From Diplonema japonicum (taxonomy: Eukaryota; Protista; Euglenozoa: Diplonemea): a stretch of DNA of 64,000 nucleotides. The notes beneath the pieces were generated by a model that did no database searches, was not told the DNA's origin, and saw nothing but the letters and a program-made list of their open reading frames with translations. This document shows, piece by piece, positions 10,963-22,944 of the stretch. Each line of letters opens with the position of its first letter. Positions within the stretch are counted from its first letter, which is position 1. Position numbers and translations under genes: made by a program. The stretch spans positions 248,001 through 312,000 of the forward strand of contig OZ025747.1 of NCBI GenBank assembly GCA_964019335.1, given 5' to 3'.

Positions 10963-11553
10963 TTTTTTTTCTTCTTTTTTTTTTTTTTTTTCGCTCTGTA
11001 CAAAGGGGCTTGACACATGGGGCATGTGGCTATGGCAAGAGACGTACCCTAGCACTCCCGCAGAACGCCGACTGTCTAGTGAGCACCCCCTGCACACTGA
11101 AACTTTATCGAATTTTTGTTTTGTTCCCCTGGGCATAGCGTGTGATTTTCTTCAAACTTTTTTTTCTATTTTTTTTTTTTAAATCCGTTTGTGAATTTTG
11201 AAGGGGGAAGGGAGAGCGAAAGGCAACAAACCAATGCACTTCGGCACGGGAAAGGAAAAGCGAGGGAGGGAGGGGGGGGGGGGGGGGGGGTGTTCCCCCC
11301 ATTTTTTTTTCTATCAGTTTCTTCTTTCATTCAATCGTTTTTCTCTTTTTTTTTTTTTTTTTGCCCTTTTCTTATTATTCAACGCACCCCTTTTATTTTT
11401 CCTTCTCGCTCTACATGGAAACAAAAAAAAAATGGGAGGGGGGGGAAAAGTCATCTCTTCTTTCCCCCTTTTTTTTGACCAACTTCATTCCCCCCCTCCG
11501 CACACTGACATATTTCAAAAAAAGAAAAAAGCTCTCAAAAAAAAAAAGAAAAA

Positions 11554-14500
11554 ATGGTAGTCCACACGATGGGTGATCTGCTCAAAGGGAAGCTGGACCT
11601 TGCCAGGTCTACGTGGCCAGATCTGCACTATAGGGATAATATTATTGCGTTGGATATCACATGCCCCACGTGCTCTGAAGCATTTTCGGATCCAGTTGTA
11701 CTTGAGTCAGGACACAAGTACTGCAGAGGGTGCGTGCAGCCCGCTGGTGTAGGGGACCGGGTCAAATGCGCCGTCAGTGGGAAGATCTGCAGTAATGTGA
11801 TAGCCGATAGTGGGAGAAACAAGATCGACGTGGCCATCAGGTCAAAGGAGTTCATAGAGAATGACATCAAGGGAGGGCACGAGCCCACGGTCTGCCAAGA
11901 GTGCGACCACAAATCAGCAAACCTCCACTGCGAAGGGTGCGACAAGTGGCTCTGCGGAAATTGCGTCGATGAGCTCCACCCCTACCCCCACGACGAAGGC
12001 TCGCTGGGCGCAGACGAGGCCCACATCAACGCTGCCTCAACCGCTACCAAAATCCAAGAATCCCTCAAGGACACATGGCTCGCAAAGCTCTCCGAAGAAA
12101 AAGAGAAGCTTAAGAAAGCCGTTTCCGATATTGACTCGCAGATTACGAATCTCAACACGGACTTCCAAGTAGAGACCACATCCATCGAGGAGGAGACCAC
12201 CCTCATCAACGAACAGATAACCACTCAAAAGGAACTGAAGCTCTGCGAGACGGAAAGGTTTGTCGAGAGAGAGCTTGCCAAGATGAGCCACGACCGTCAC
12301 CGTCTTCTCGAGAGCCTAGCTGTTTACAACAAAGGCTGTGCGGAGGTCGATCCTGCCCTGAAGTCCCTCGACATTGAGGGGCTTGTTCGTGGTGAGAAGT
12401 CCTCCGAGCTCTTGCTTCTCAGGAGGCTTCAATTTGCCCCGACGGAAAGCCTCGCTCCGGACTGGTTGGAGCCGGCATGGGAGTCCATCAATGTGGAGCT
12501 TCAGGTCGACAAGGCGTTCAGGGGGAAGATCGAATCCGGCATCTTCAAACCCACCAACAAGTTTGCCACAACAAAGCAAGAACGTGAGATGAACGCTTGC
12601 CGCGACGCGCAGCTAGCACAGCGCCCCGCTGGCGTTACCTTCACCGACAGCGGTAGCACCTGGCCACATCCCAACATGGGCCCCCTCCGCCTGGCGAACA
12701 ACGAGGCTATCCTCGCCAAGACGAAGGAAGCCCAACAAGCTGCCGCCAAAGAGAAGGAAGCTGACCCTGAGGCCTACACCGGTCTCCAAAACCCCGTCGC
12801 TGTCTCCATCAACACAGGCTCCCCCACCGCAGAGTTCTTGTGCATTGTCGAACAAGGCGCATCTTTGGCAGATGTCCGAAAGTCCATTGATGCCCACTCT
12901 GACAGAACGAAGCTCCCTGCAGAGTACCAGTTCCACAACGCAGGGGAGTGGATCGCCGGCCTCGGTAAAGACAAACTGGACAACGAGGGAGCTGTTTCCA
13001 TCGCAACTCATGGGCCCGGCGGCGAGGACGCCGAGGACTACAAGGCCGACCAAGGGCTGTACACGCTGTACGTGAAGAGTGACGACGCGGGGTTGGAATA
13101 CAAAAAAATCAAGGACGCACAGGCCGTTCACCGCGGCGGAGCTGCGGAGGACCCGTGGGAAGGGGACAAGGAGAGGGTGGAGAACAATGAGAAGCTGCTG
13201 CAGTTGTGCACGGAGGCTCCCGAAGATCAGATAGCAGTGGGCATTGCTGCAGAAGGTGCTTTCACGGCGGCGTTCACAGTACTAGTGCCAAAAGACGCCA
13301 CGCTGCACGACATCAGAGGCGCGGAGCGTCTGAACGTGGCCACGGAAATTCCTGAGTGCTACTCGTTCTACTCCAACACCACAGGCGACACGCGAACATA
13401 CGCAAAGGGGTGCGGCCCCGACGAGCAGATAGCCGAGGCTGCTGTGAAAATCACCAACTTCATTGTGAATGGTGTGTGCATGCTCTATGTGGTGGAAGAT
13501 GAAGACAAGAAGGTTTTCAAACAGCTGAAGGGCGCTCAGGAAACCAAATTCCAGGCAGCTGTCGCTCTGTGTGGAGATATCGATGGCGACGTTCACAAGC
13601 AGTACACAGAGGCACAGAAGGCCTCCCGCGAGGACGACAGCCAGAGACTTGCGAACAACAACAAGATCGCCGCGCTTGTCACCGATGACAACATCGGCGT
13701 TGGCGTGGGCTACGCAGGGAACCAGCAGCAGGAGTGTCTGGCAGTCGGCAAGGAGGCAAAGGTGACAGAACTTCGAGAAGTGCTGAAGGACGCACCACTA
13801 TTCTATAAGATAATGAACCCTGCCTGCGACGCATACCTAAGCAAGGAGGAGGAAGGAACACAAGAGGTAGCCTCGTATGTCTGTGAGGGACAGGCTGTGG
13901 TGAACATCTTCATTGCGCTGGATGAAGAGGCACAACTAAAGAACCTGCAAGACAGCGCTCGTGGTGAGTTCGTGGAGTGTAAATTCACCAAAGCGATGGA
14001 TGAAGGGGAAACGGACGCAGCAAGGTTGGAAGGGAACACGAAAATCAGTACCCAGGAGGTAGCGGAGGACCAAGTCGCAGTGGGTCTGGCCTATCAGGGA
14101 AGTCCTGTGATCATAAGTGTAGTGGCGGTGGCGAAGGACGCTGGTGTCGAGGCAGTCCGCAAGGCTGCTGAGGAGCAGGGCGTGAACGACGACGAGCAGC
14201 TGCCAAAGTCGTTCTGCTTCGTTGTAAGAGGAAAGGAAGTGCCACGCGACGAGGAGGCCTCCCCGGCTTCCCCCGTGGGTGGCATCCGTATTGCATACCT
14301 CAAGGAGGTACAATCTGAAGAGCCACAAGCGCAAGACCCCACTCCGGAGGAAGATGCCGAGCAGCAAGGAGAAGCTGCCAAGCCCGAGGGAGATGAAGAA
14401 CCAAAGCCTGAAGGGGAAGAAGAAGGGGATGCAGCCAAGCCCGAGGGAGATGAAGAACCGAAGCCAGAAGGGGAGGAAGAGGCTGCGACAGAGGAGGCGG

Positions 14501-14580
14501 CTGAGGGAGAGAAGCCACCGGAAGAAGAGGCTGCGGCCCCTGAGGCGGAGGCTGAGGCTGAAGCTGCACCAGAAGAGTAG
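11554..14580 (+). CDS. TRIM/RBCC-like protein: degenerate RING, B-box, coiled coil, four internal repeats, acidic tail (1008 aa)
   Basis: CPTC..DPVVLESGHKYCRGC..KCAVS; CQEC..HCEGCDKWLCGNC..LH; coiled coil; repeats starting RLANNEAI/RVENNEKL/RLANNNKI/RLEGNTKI. Confidence 0.85.
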   Translation: MVVHTMGDLLKGKLDLARSTWPDLHYRDNIIALDITCPTCSEAFSDPVVLESGHKYCRGCVQPAGVGDRVKCAVSGKICSNVIADSGRNKIDVAIRSKEFIENDIKGGHEPTVCQECDHKSANLHCEGCDKWLCGNCVDELHPYPHDEGSLGADEAHINAASTATKIQESLKDTWLAKLSEEKEKLKKAVSDIDSQITNLNTDFQVETTSIEEETTLINEQITTQKELKLCETERFVERELAKMSHDRHRLLESLAVYNKGCAEVDPALKSLDIEGLVRGEKSSELLLLRRLQFAPTESLAPDWLEPAWESINVELQVDKAFRGKIESGIFKPTNKFATTKQEREMNACRDAQLAQRPAGVTFTDSGSTWPHPNMGPLRLANNEAILAKTKEAQQAAAKEKEADPEAYTGLQNPVAVSINTGSPTAEFLCIVEQGASLADVRKSIDAHSDRTKLPAEYQFHNAGEWIAGLGKDKLDNEGAVSIATHGPGGEDAEDYKADQGLYTLYVKSDDAGLEYKKIKDAQAVHRGGAAEDPWEGDKERVENNEKLLQLCTEAPEDQIAVGIAAEGAFTAAFTVLVPKDATLHDIRGAERLNVATEIPECYSFYSNTTGDTRTYAKGCGPDEQIAEAAVKITNFIVNGVCMLYVVEDEDKKVFKQLKGAQETKFQAAVALCGDIDGDVHKQYTEAQKASREDDSQRLANNNKIAALVTDDNIGVGVGYAGNQQQECLAVGKEAKVTELREVLKDAPLFYKIMNPACDAYLSKEEEGTQEVASYVCEGQAVVNIFIALDEEAQLKNLQDSARGEFVECKFTKAMDEGETDAARLEGNTKISTQEVAEDQVAVGLAYQGSPVIISVVAVAKDAGVEAVRKAAEEQGVNDDEQLPKSFCFVVRGKEVPRDEEASPASPVGGIRIAYLKEVQSEEPQAQDPTPEEDAEQQGEAAKPEGDEEPKPEGEEEGDAAKPEGDEEPKPEGEEEAATEEAAEGEKPPEEEAAAPEAEAEAEAAPEE
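14374..14481 (+). repeat. Coding tandem duplication (57-nt period) encoding AAKPEGDEEPKPEGEEE twice
   Basis: Direct repeat visible in DNA and protein. Confidence 0.85.
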
Positions 14581-15229
14581 AATAGGAACGCAGGTGTTAT
14601 GGCTACCCCCCCTCCCTTGCTTCCTTCTTTTCCAAGAAGGACTCCCCCTTTGTACATTACTTATGCCCTTCTCTCCTTCTTTTCTTTCTTGCACCAGCTC
14701 GAAGGATATTTTTTCCGTATTTTTTGTTTCCCTTTCTCTTTTTTTTTTTCTCATGAAGACGTTTATTTAAATAAAATAATCTGCCTTCTTGCTATTTTGT
14801 AATTTTGTGTCGAATAGGAGGAACCCCCCCTTCCCTCCGCTTTAGCTTTATGGGTAACAAACCCTGTTCTTGCGGTCTTACGTGCATGTGGGGGGGGGGG
14901 GGCAAAGAATCCCCTTCTTTTTTGACAGAACCATGATTACTCTTTCCTCACTCCTTCCCTCTCTTTTCAACGGTGAGCACCCACCCGACGCCGAAATTTA
15001 TCAATTTTTCTTTTTTTTTTCCGAAAGCGAACAAAAAAAAAAAAAAAAAAAAAAAACCCATCTTTCTATGATAAAAAAAAAAAAAAATACAAGGTGGCGA
15101 TTTAACTATGTTGGAAAGGTTCAAATTTCCTGTCCTCTCTTCCCATTATCTCATTCTCAATTTCTCTCTACACCCCAAACTACACGCTTACAGGAAAGAC
15201 AACAAGAATATATTTAAAAAAAAAAAAAA

Positions 15230-18200
15230 ATGGAACAAGACACGGTAAATTATGCCGTTATGTATCGTGAGAAGTGTTTGGAGGTGAACTGCAAGGTGAA
15301 CAGTGCGGTGATGAACAAACTGCGAAACGACTCTTTTGCGCCGTTGCAAATCATCGACTTGCGCGAAAATTATGTGGGTCCAAAGGGGGTGCTCCCCCTC
15401 TTGTGGCTGCTGGAGAAGAATCAGACAGTGACGAGGGTTGATTTGAGCTACAACGGTTTGGACAATGGAGCGGTGCAACTGCTCGTTGACGTCGCAAAGA
15501 AACACAGGGGGCTGACCTCGCTAGACATCAGCCACAACAACTGCACGCAGTCTGTTGCGAAACACTTGATCTCGCTTGTCGACAGTAACCACAACATCCT
15601 GGAGCTCGAGGTGGCGGGGAACGATTTATTCGACGCCCTCCAGTCACGTCTGGCCATCGCCCTCAACAAAAACAAATCCCTTCAGGGTGTGACCCCTCAG
15701 CTCAACACCACCGCAGCTGCCCGGCCCACCCCCCCGTCAATGGGAGGCCCTGCAATCCGCAAAATCGATGCCAGCAAAAAAGCAGCCGAAGAAGCTGTTC
15801 TCTCACAGTACACGGCTAACTCGTCGAGTCAAAGTCAGCCCGCGGCACCGAACAAAGTAAAACCCAGGCCGACCCCGCCTCCTTCTGCTTCTCAAGGCCA
15901 CCGCAGAATGACCCAACAGGAGCGGGAAGAAGCCCGGCAGAACTACCAGCGGCGGTTGAAAACCCAATCCGAGCAGTTGTCCGAGTTCATGAAGCCTGCC
16001 AACGACACAGCACCTTCAAGCAAAGCAAGACGAAGGCTTGAAGAGCTGCAACAGGAACAGCTCATCGCCGACAAGCATGTCACCTCCGACACTGTATGCC
16101 AGAAAGCAGAACTCGACCATGTCTCAAAGCTCCGCAAGGAGGTCAATACACAGCGGGCGGCAACGTGCTTGCAACCCGAGATGCCTGTGACAGAGGACGA
16201 AATGCTCTTCGATCTGAGCCTCTCGGAAGGCGCCAAAGCCCTCCTTGTGACGCAGGACAAGAAGATCCATGACGCAGAAATCGAACAGGAGAAGGCCGTC
16301 GCCATGCGCAAGAAGCTCTTATCCATCGGTGATGAACGGGATATGCTGCTGCAGAGCCAGGCAACAGACATCGAACCTGAGCAAGGCAAGTCACCCGAAC
16401 CCGAAGAAACTGAACACGATGCTCCCGATGAGCCGACTGAGCAGGCGTCTGACGGTAACGCAGAAAAAAGTGTTGTCAAGGACGCGATGAAGGGCGCCGA
16501 CAATTTGGCAAGGATCATACAAGAGGATGAAGATGCAGACAAGGCAGCACTGCCCAAGGCATCGCAGGAACCTGAGGCTGTGTCGTTAGACATCCCGCCA
16601 GGCTTGGATGCTAACGGGGTGCGATTCTACGAGCTGTTCAACAAAGGCGGCAGTGCGTACAACGCAGGTAAGATGGAAGACTCGTACCAGCTATGGACTG
16701 AGGCACTAGAGGTAGCCACGATCTGCAAGAACAGAGAGTGGATATCCATCATCAACGGGAACATACAGGCCCTGTCGTACCAGCTGTTGACGTGCCAGGG
16801 TGAAGAGTACCTCGGCCAAGGTAACCTAGAAGACGCGTTGCGCTGTCTTCAACTTGCTCGGGACGTAGCAGTGAAGGCGCGCAACAATGCATGGGAGCGG
16901 GCAGCAGAGACGTCCATGAACACAGTACGCAGGGCACAGTTCAAGGCCTGCTACGACAACGCGGCTAGCATCTTCGATCCACTGATCAAGAAACTGGAGA
17001 ATAGTGAGCATGTGCCGTGCCATGGGGACAAGGAGTGCTACTTCGACACGGAGTGGGAGCGACTGTTGAAACTCAAAGAGGCTCTCGAACACTGGGCAGG
17101 GGCCCTGAAATACGCATCACAGGTGACAGGCCGCGGCTGCAAAGATTTGGGGGACATGGTTGAAATGGTGGTACGGGTGGCCTACCAGTACCAGACCAAC
17201 ATAACATTCTCGCCTGTTGATGACTTGCGGCCTAGACACTCGGGGCAGAACACGCACCTCTACACAGGGAAGCAGCGTGAACAGTTGATCGCGACATGGG
17301 AAGACATACACACCACACTGCGGTCGCTTGGGTCGCCCTTGTGGGATGGCATTGTGTGCAGCATTTTAGGAAACTTGCACCACGCACAGTTTCAAAACAA
17401 GCAAGCTGAGCAGTGCTTCGAGAGGGGAATCGAGATCTCGTCGAAAAACGGCGCACAACTAGTTGAGGCGTCTTCGCTGACACATCTAGCGAGGGTGCTG
17501 GTAGGGTTGGCAAGGTACGCAGAAGCTGAGAAGCTCCTGTGGTCTGCTGACAAACTGTTGACAGAACTGCGGTACGGACCTGACAAGGCACACGAAATCT
17601 ACATCATGCAGCAGCAGTCCATATGCTACGATTTACTGCAGCAAATTATGGTAAGCCAGTACAGGTACCGCGAGGGTCTGGAAATGGCAGAACGCATGCG
17701 TGCCAACACACACATGGACCGCCTGCAGGACAAGATGCGTGCGAACTTCAACGTTAAAACAACAGCAGACCACATGTTCTCACTTGCAAGGTCGTGCCAA
17801 TCAGTGCTCGTGATCTACAGCACCATCTTGAGATTCGACTGGAACGTTGACAAAGGCGAAGCAGAAGCCCTCGAACAACTGTGCATATGGGTGATGCCCA
17901 CTGAGGGCGAGATCAAGTTCGTGCTGATCGAGGTGACAAAAGAACACAACCAAGAAACGCTGGAGGCCATCGTCGATAACCTCCGCACAGCCCTCTGCGT
18001 GGACACCGATACAGAACGCCGCGGCACAGGGAAACCCATCTCCAACGGCATCATTGCAGACACACCCGAGTACGCATGGCGGCATCCTTTGCAGCAGCTG
18101 TACGACTTCCTCATCTACCCTATCTCCGACTTCCTCACCGTCAACGCCGGGCTGGATTTCGCACCGCACAGAAAGGTAACATTCGTACCACATGGGTACT

Positions 18201-18970
18201 TACACCTCGTCCCATGGGCAGCCCTTATGGACAATGACGGAAAGTTCCTGGTGGAGAATTTCAACATCCAAGTCTTACCGTCTGTGCAGATACTAGCAAT
18301 GTGCCAGCTCAATGCTACTAAATTAGAATCCGGTGGGACGTCTTCTAAGAAGCTCGTCGTAGTCTCGGGGTCCGCAGAGAGGCACGACGACCTGCCCTAC
18401 CCGTTCGAAGACCCTGTAGCAGACGAAGGGAGCGCGATAGCGGATGGGATCGGGTGCACGTTGGTTGAAGGAACACGGGATGACATACTGGCGGGGATGA
18501 AGAATTCACGCCTTGTCCATGTTGCAGCGGAGGTGCTTGCGGAGTACTGTGTAGGATGCACCTGGGGGGGTTTTATGGCGCAGGACGGTGTTGTCTCGAG
18601 CAAAGACGTCGAGGTCATGGATCTCTCGTCAGAGCTTGTCGTTGCTCCTTGTTGCAACCACAGCAAGCGGGCGCTCCTCAGAGGCGGGGACGGCATAATC
18701 GACATGTGCCGTGCCTTCACGTGCTGCGGCACTCCCACTGTTATCTACTCTATTTGGTCAACACCACACCAGTCCACAGCCAGACTGCTCCTAAACTTCT
18801 ACCAACGCCTACGGAAGAACCCCGACAAGGCGATCTGCCTCTCACAGGCCCAGCGGGAAGCCGCCACAACGGATCCTTACGGCCCTGCTTCTTGGGTATA
18901 GGAAAAACAACTGCAAAAAAAAATATTTACACAGGCATCGCTATACGCATTCGGGATCGCGACGCTGTGA
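15230..18970 (+). CDS. LRR (RI-like) + TPR + CHAT domain protein (TTC28-like C-terminus); exons 15230-18895, 18935-18970 (1233 aa)
   Basis: N-terminal LRRs (IDLRENYVG, VDLSYNGLD, LDISHN); TPR helices; CHAT motifs LQQLYDFLIYPI, FVPHGYLHLVPWAAL, SIWS, FY, LSQAQ; removing the intron restores the terminal P.SWASLYAFG motif. Confidence 0.88.
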
Positions 18971-19140
18971 GATGAATGAGAGGAAGCAATGGCAAAAAAG
19001 AAATACATTCACATGTACATAGGGGGGGGGGGGGACATTTTATTTACACAGTAGTATTTTTTATAGTATTTTTTTCTTTGCCCCTTGTTCGTACCAAGAA
19101 AAAAAGGGGGGGGAGGGGTGGTGGGTGATATACAACAAAG

Positions 19141-21162
19141 ATGCGTCTAGCCCTGCTGGTGTGGTGCATTGTGGCAGCAATATTGCAAGGCGCGTCGGCA
19201 TGCACGCTGCAGAGCACTCTGGTGGGGTACACTTGCATGCAAACGATTAATAACGTGGTGAGCTTGCATTGGAACGTCGCAGGGGGAGAGTATGCTGCCC
19301 GGTTTGAATCGGCGGGATGGGTCGCGGTTGGGTTCCCGGACACCCCTGGGGTGATGGGCCCTGCGTCGGCCCTGATCGCCGTTGAAGGCACTCTTGATAA
19401 ATACACCATAGGGTCAACTAAAGTCCCCTCCGCAGTGGTAAAGGCAGGCTGGACACTGTCTGCAGTAACAAACCACGCCTACGTGTTATCCAGCACCGTG
19501 CAGGTTATAACATGGAAGGGCATCCCAGGCGTCATTGTAGACCTCAACTACGCCTACAGCTCCGGAACCACTCTCTCCTCTGCACACACTGGAAAGGGAA
19601 ATATCCGTGTGACACCGTGTACTGCCAGCGACCTTACCCCTTACACCTGCATGGAGACGCTTACAGCTGTTGCGGCCAAATACTGGCGGGTGGGCGGTAC
19701 CGATCTTGCTGTTCGTTTCCGGACCTCTGGTTGGGTGTCCATCTCGTTCCCGTCGACACCCACTAGGATGGTACCTGCGTCTGCGTACATTATCCAGTCC
19801 GATGCCGGTGCGAAATACTCTGTGGCAGGGAGGTCGTCGTCGGCCATCACGCAAAGCAGTTGGGCCGACAGCTCTGTCAGCATCTCTAGCATCTCCAGCA
19901 CTTCGGTTAACAACGTGCACACCATCGCGTGGCAGGGTGAGGGCATCATGGACATTAATTTTGCGTCCGGTGGTTCCTTCACAACCCACTCGTCTAGGGG
20001 TTCCACGAAGGTGGGTTCCGCAGCGTCGGCACAATCTGCCGTCACACCGGCAACCCTTGCACCAGGTGTGCTGCCCACAATGGCCCCATCCACACCCGCA
20101 CCCTCCACACCTGCACCCGTCACGTCCACACCTTCGCAGAACAAAAACTGCACCGCAAGCACATTACCGGGGTATGACTGCATGACGAACGTGACCATGC
20201 AGATCAGCACCCATTGGGAGGTGGCCACTAGGAACATCGCGGTTGTCTTTGACCGTGTAGGGTGGGCAGGGGTGAGCTGGCCTGACTCCAAGGGGTCCAT
20301 GGGACCCGCACGCGCCATGCTGGTGACGAGCTCAGGCGCGAACAGCTACCGGATAGGAGGCGGGAAGACTCTATCAAACGTGGTTCAGGAGGCAGGTGCC
20401 GTGGCAGGGGTTACCTACGAGACGGTGCAAGACGCGAAGATCCTGAAGTGGCAGGGCACGGCAGCAGTCGTGGATTTCAACTACGCATGCCACCTATCAA
20501 GCACGGCCTTGGGGCTTCACCAGCTGAGAGCAGCAGTGACAGTGGACACAGCAACAGGCGGCGTCACCGTCGACTCGTCAAGCAACCAGTCGAAAGTGAA
20601 GATGCACGGCACCATGATGGTGGTGCTGTGGAGCGTCATGGCACCCATGGCCGTCCTCATGAAGAGGTACGGGGTGTTCTGGGGGATAACCGCGACGTGG
20701 AGGCTGTATCCTGTCCCGTTCTTAGTGCACGCAACGGTGTTGTTCTTGGTGATGGTGCTCTCGACGGTGTCGGTGTGTTTGGCTTTGGTGGACTTCGGGG
20801 ACACGGACAAAGGGCACAAGCCCTTGGGCATCATTATACTTACGTTGAGTGTGTTGCAGGTTGTCATGAACGTGTGCCGCCCTGGACATACAGAAGGCAC
20901 CAGGAAATATTTCAACATAGCCCATCGCTGTGCTGGTATCACTTGTTACGTTGCCTCGATCGCACAGATATTTATTGGTATAGATAACTACAAGCGGCTG
21001 TACAATGATGAGGACCATGCCAACAGTCTTCAAATAGTCACTATAGTTTTCGTTGTTGCTACCTTCCTTATAGGTGTTGTGTCCAGTGTGATACAGATGG
21101 CGCGGGGGGCTGCCAGTGTCTCCCCGCAACATGCGGTGGATCGCGAGCTCAGTGGTAAGTAG
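19141..21162 (+). CDS. DOMON x3 + cytochrome b561 (CYBDOM / ferric-chelate reductase-like), 673 aa
   Basis: Signal peptide; three CTxSxLxxYxCM...GWVxxxFP...M(G/V)PA...H units; five TM helices with His in MHG, VHA, GHK, AHR. Confidence 0.85.
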   Translation: MRLALLVWCIVAAILQGASACTLQSTLVGYTCMQTINNVVSLHWNVAGGEYAARFESAGWVAVGFPDTPGVMGPASALIAVEGTLDKYTIGSTKVPSAVVKAGWTLSAVTNHAYVLSSTVQVITWKGIPGVIVDLNYAYSSGTTLSSAHTGKGNIRVTPCTASDLTPYTCMETLTAVAAKYWRVGGTDLAVRFRTSGWVSISFPSTPTRMVPASAYIIQSDAGAKYSVAGRSSSAITQSSWADSSVSISSISSTSVNNVHTIAWQGEGIMDINFASGGSFTTHSSRGSTKVGSAASAQSAVTPATLAPGVLPTMAPSTPAPSTPAPVTSTPSQNKNCTASTLPGYDCMTNVTMQISTHWEVATRNIAVVFDRVGWAGVSWPDSKGSMGPARAMLVTSSGANSYRIGGGKTLSNVVQEAGAVAGVTYETVQDAKILKWQGTAAVVDFNYACHLSSTALGLHQLRAAVTVDTATGGVTVDSSSNQSKVKMHGTMMVVLWSVMAPMAVLMKRYGVFWGITATWRLYPVPFLVHATVLFLVMVLSTVSVCLALVDFGDTDKGHKPLGIIILTLSVLQVVMNVCRPGHTEGTRKYFNIAHRCAGITCYVASIAQIFIGIDNYKRLYNDEDHANSLQIVTIVFVVATFLIGVVSSVIQMARGAASVSPQHAVDRELSGK

Positions 21163-21186
21163 GAGGCTTTTGATAGGTCATTAGGG

Positions 21187-21218
<32 letters not shown>

Positions 21219-21735
21219 CCAGCGTCGCAGAAATAGATATGGCTTGCCCGATTCCGTGTGTAAGGAAGGGGGGGAAAAAAAAATTAAATCATTTTTTTTT
21301 CCTTTCTTTTTTTCTTCTTTTAATTTGTTTCTTCGTGCAAATGATGATTTTCCCCCTCGTTTTTTTTTTATTCTTTTTTCTGTCTACGATTCGGTCTTGT
21401 AGCCTCTCAACTCCCTTTTGATAGCTCATTTTCATTTAAATGTCTCTTTTTTTATTTTCTTTTTTTTGGGGGGGGAGAATATCTTTCCAACCATCGGCAT
21501 ACCGACCTGGGGGGAAACGACACTAAATTCCCCCCCCTTTTTTTTTGTTTCTTCCATTTTTCTGTTACCTTCCCCCTTCTGGTGTTGTTTGCACTCCCTC
21601 ATCAAGAAAGAAAGCAAGCTTGTTCGTGCCAAACAGGTGACATAAGTCATAAAAAGATTTTTTTTACCGCGCACTATTCTCTCGCTTAAATCCCATCTAT
21701 GATGGGGATTTTTGACAGACGAAGATTTTTTTTTT

Positions 21736-21800
21736 CCCCGCCCAACCCACCCAAGGGCGGCCCTCCATGAGGGGGTTTGTCCTGCACTTTGAGTTTTTTT
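21736..21800 (+). repeat. Dispersed ~60-bp GC-rich element, copy 1
   Basis: CCCCGCCCAACCCACCCAAGGGCGGCCCTCCATGAGGGGGTTTGTCCTGCACTTTGAG plus T-run; two mismatches to the copy at 38044. Confidence 0.85.
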
Positions 21801-21810
21801 TTTTTTTTTA

Positions 21811-21890
21811 CAAATATTTCTCTTTCAAAAAAAAAAAAATGATTTATAACTATATGCAACAACAAGGACATATAGTCATAAAGAATTTTT
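21811..21890 (+). repeat. Fold-back MITE-like element, centrally deleted copy
   Basis: Has both arms (ATGATTTATAACTATATGCAAC / ACATATAGTCATAAAGAAT) of the 22632 copy but lacks the centre. Confidence 0.7.
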
Positions 21891-22631
21891 TTTTATTGAA
21901 TAAATCCTGGCTGTGCACAAATTAACTGGCTTATTTTTTTCTTCTTCTTTTGTATACAACAATGAGAGCACAAAAAAGAACACGAGGGGGGGGGGGGGGT
22001 GGAGGAAAAAAAAAGAAAAATGGAAATGTTGATACAGTTTTGCTTCTTTCTTTTTAAGGGTGGTCGATTTGCCCTTGGAGTATCGCCTTCTTTTTTTTCT
22101 ATTCTTTATAAAAAAAAAAAAAAAAAAGAAAAAAGAAAAAGATGCAAAAGAAATTTTTTTTGGCGCTGAGCAGCTCTTTCTTTTTGACAACCGCGCGGAA
22201 GTGCACGTTTCAGGGGCCACCGTAGATCAGAGGGCAGGCTCACCTTTGCGGTTAGTCGTTGTTTACATTGCGTTTTTTTTTTTTTCTTTCTTTTCTTTTC
22301 TTTTCTTATACTCCCGGCAACAAACAGGACATAAGCCTGAAAGAATTTTTTCTTTCGTGGACAAACATGGCTTTTTTTTTTTTTTTTTTTTAAGTTTGTG
22401 AAAAAAGTTGTTTCCCCTCCTTTCTTTTCAAGATGAACCTGCCACGGTCCATGTGCTCTTGAAGATCTTCAGCCGCAGTTCACGTTTACTTTCATCTATC
22501 TCTTTTTTTACTTATCCTTTTTTACTCCCCTTTTTCTTTTGTTGTACATATTTAAAAAAAAAAAAAAAAAAAGAAAGAAAGAAAAAGCCGAGGGGGAAAA
22601 CTTTACTCCCTCTTTTCCTTTTTTTTTGTCG

Positions 22632-22773
22632 CAAATATTTAAATCTTTTTTCAAAAAATGATTTTATAACTATATGCAACTTGTGCCGAGCAGAATTTCG
22701 CGCTTTTTAAAAAAAAAAAAAGACCTTTTTTGCTCGTGCGAACAACAAAGACATATAGTCATAAAGAATTATT
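22632..22773 (+). mobile_element. Fold-back MITE-like element (~140 bp)
   Basis: Imperfect palindrome TTATAACTATATG..CGAGCA..TGCTCG..CATATAGTCATAA; inverted copy at 30330-30457. Confidence 0.7.
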
Positions 22774-22944
22774 ATTATTATTATTTTTTTAAATCCTCCG
22801 CTTCTGCGAGTTTTCTTTTTATCCTCTTCTTTCTTATGGCCTTTGGTTTTCTTTGTATATTTTTTATTCTTTTTTTTTTCTTCTATTCAAATTTTCAACA
22901 TCAGCCCCCCCCCCCCCCCCAAAGAAAAACCACAGTAAAAAAAA

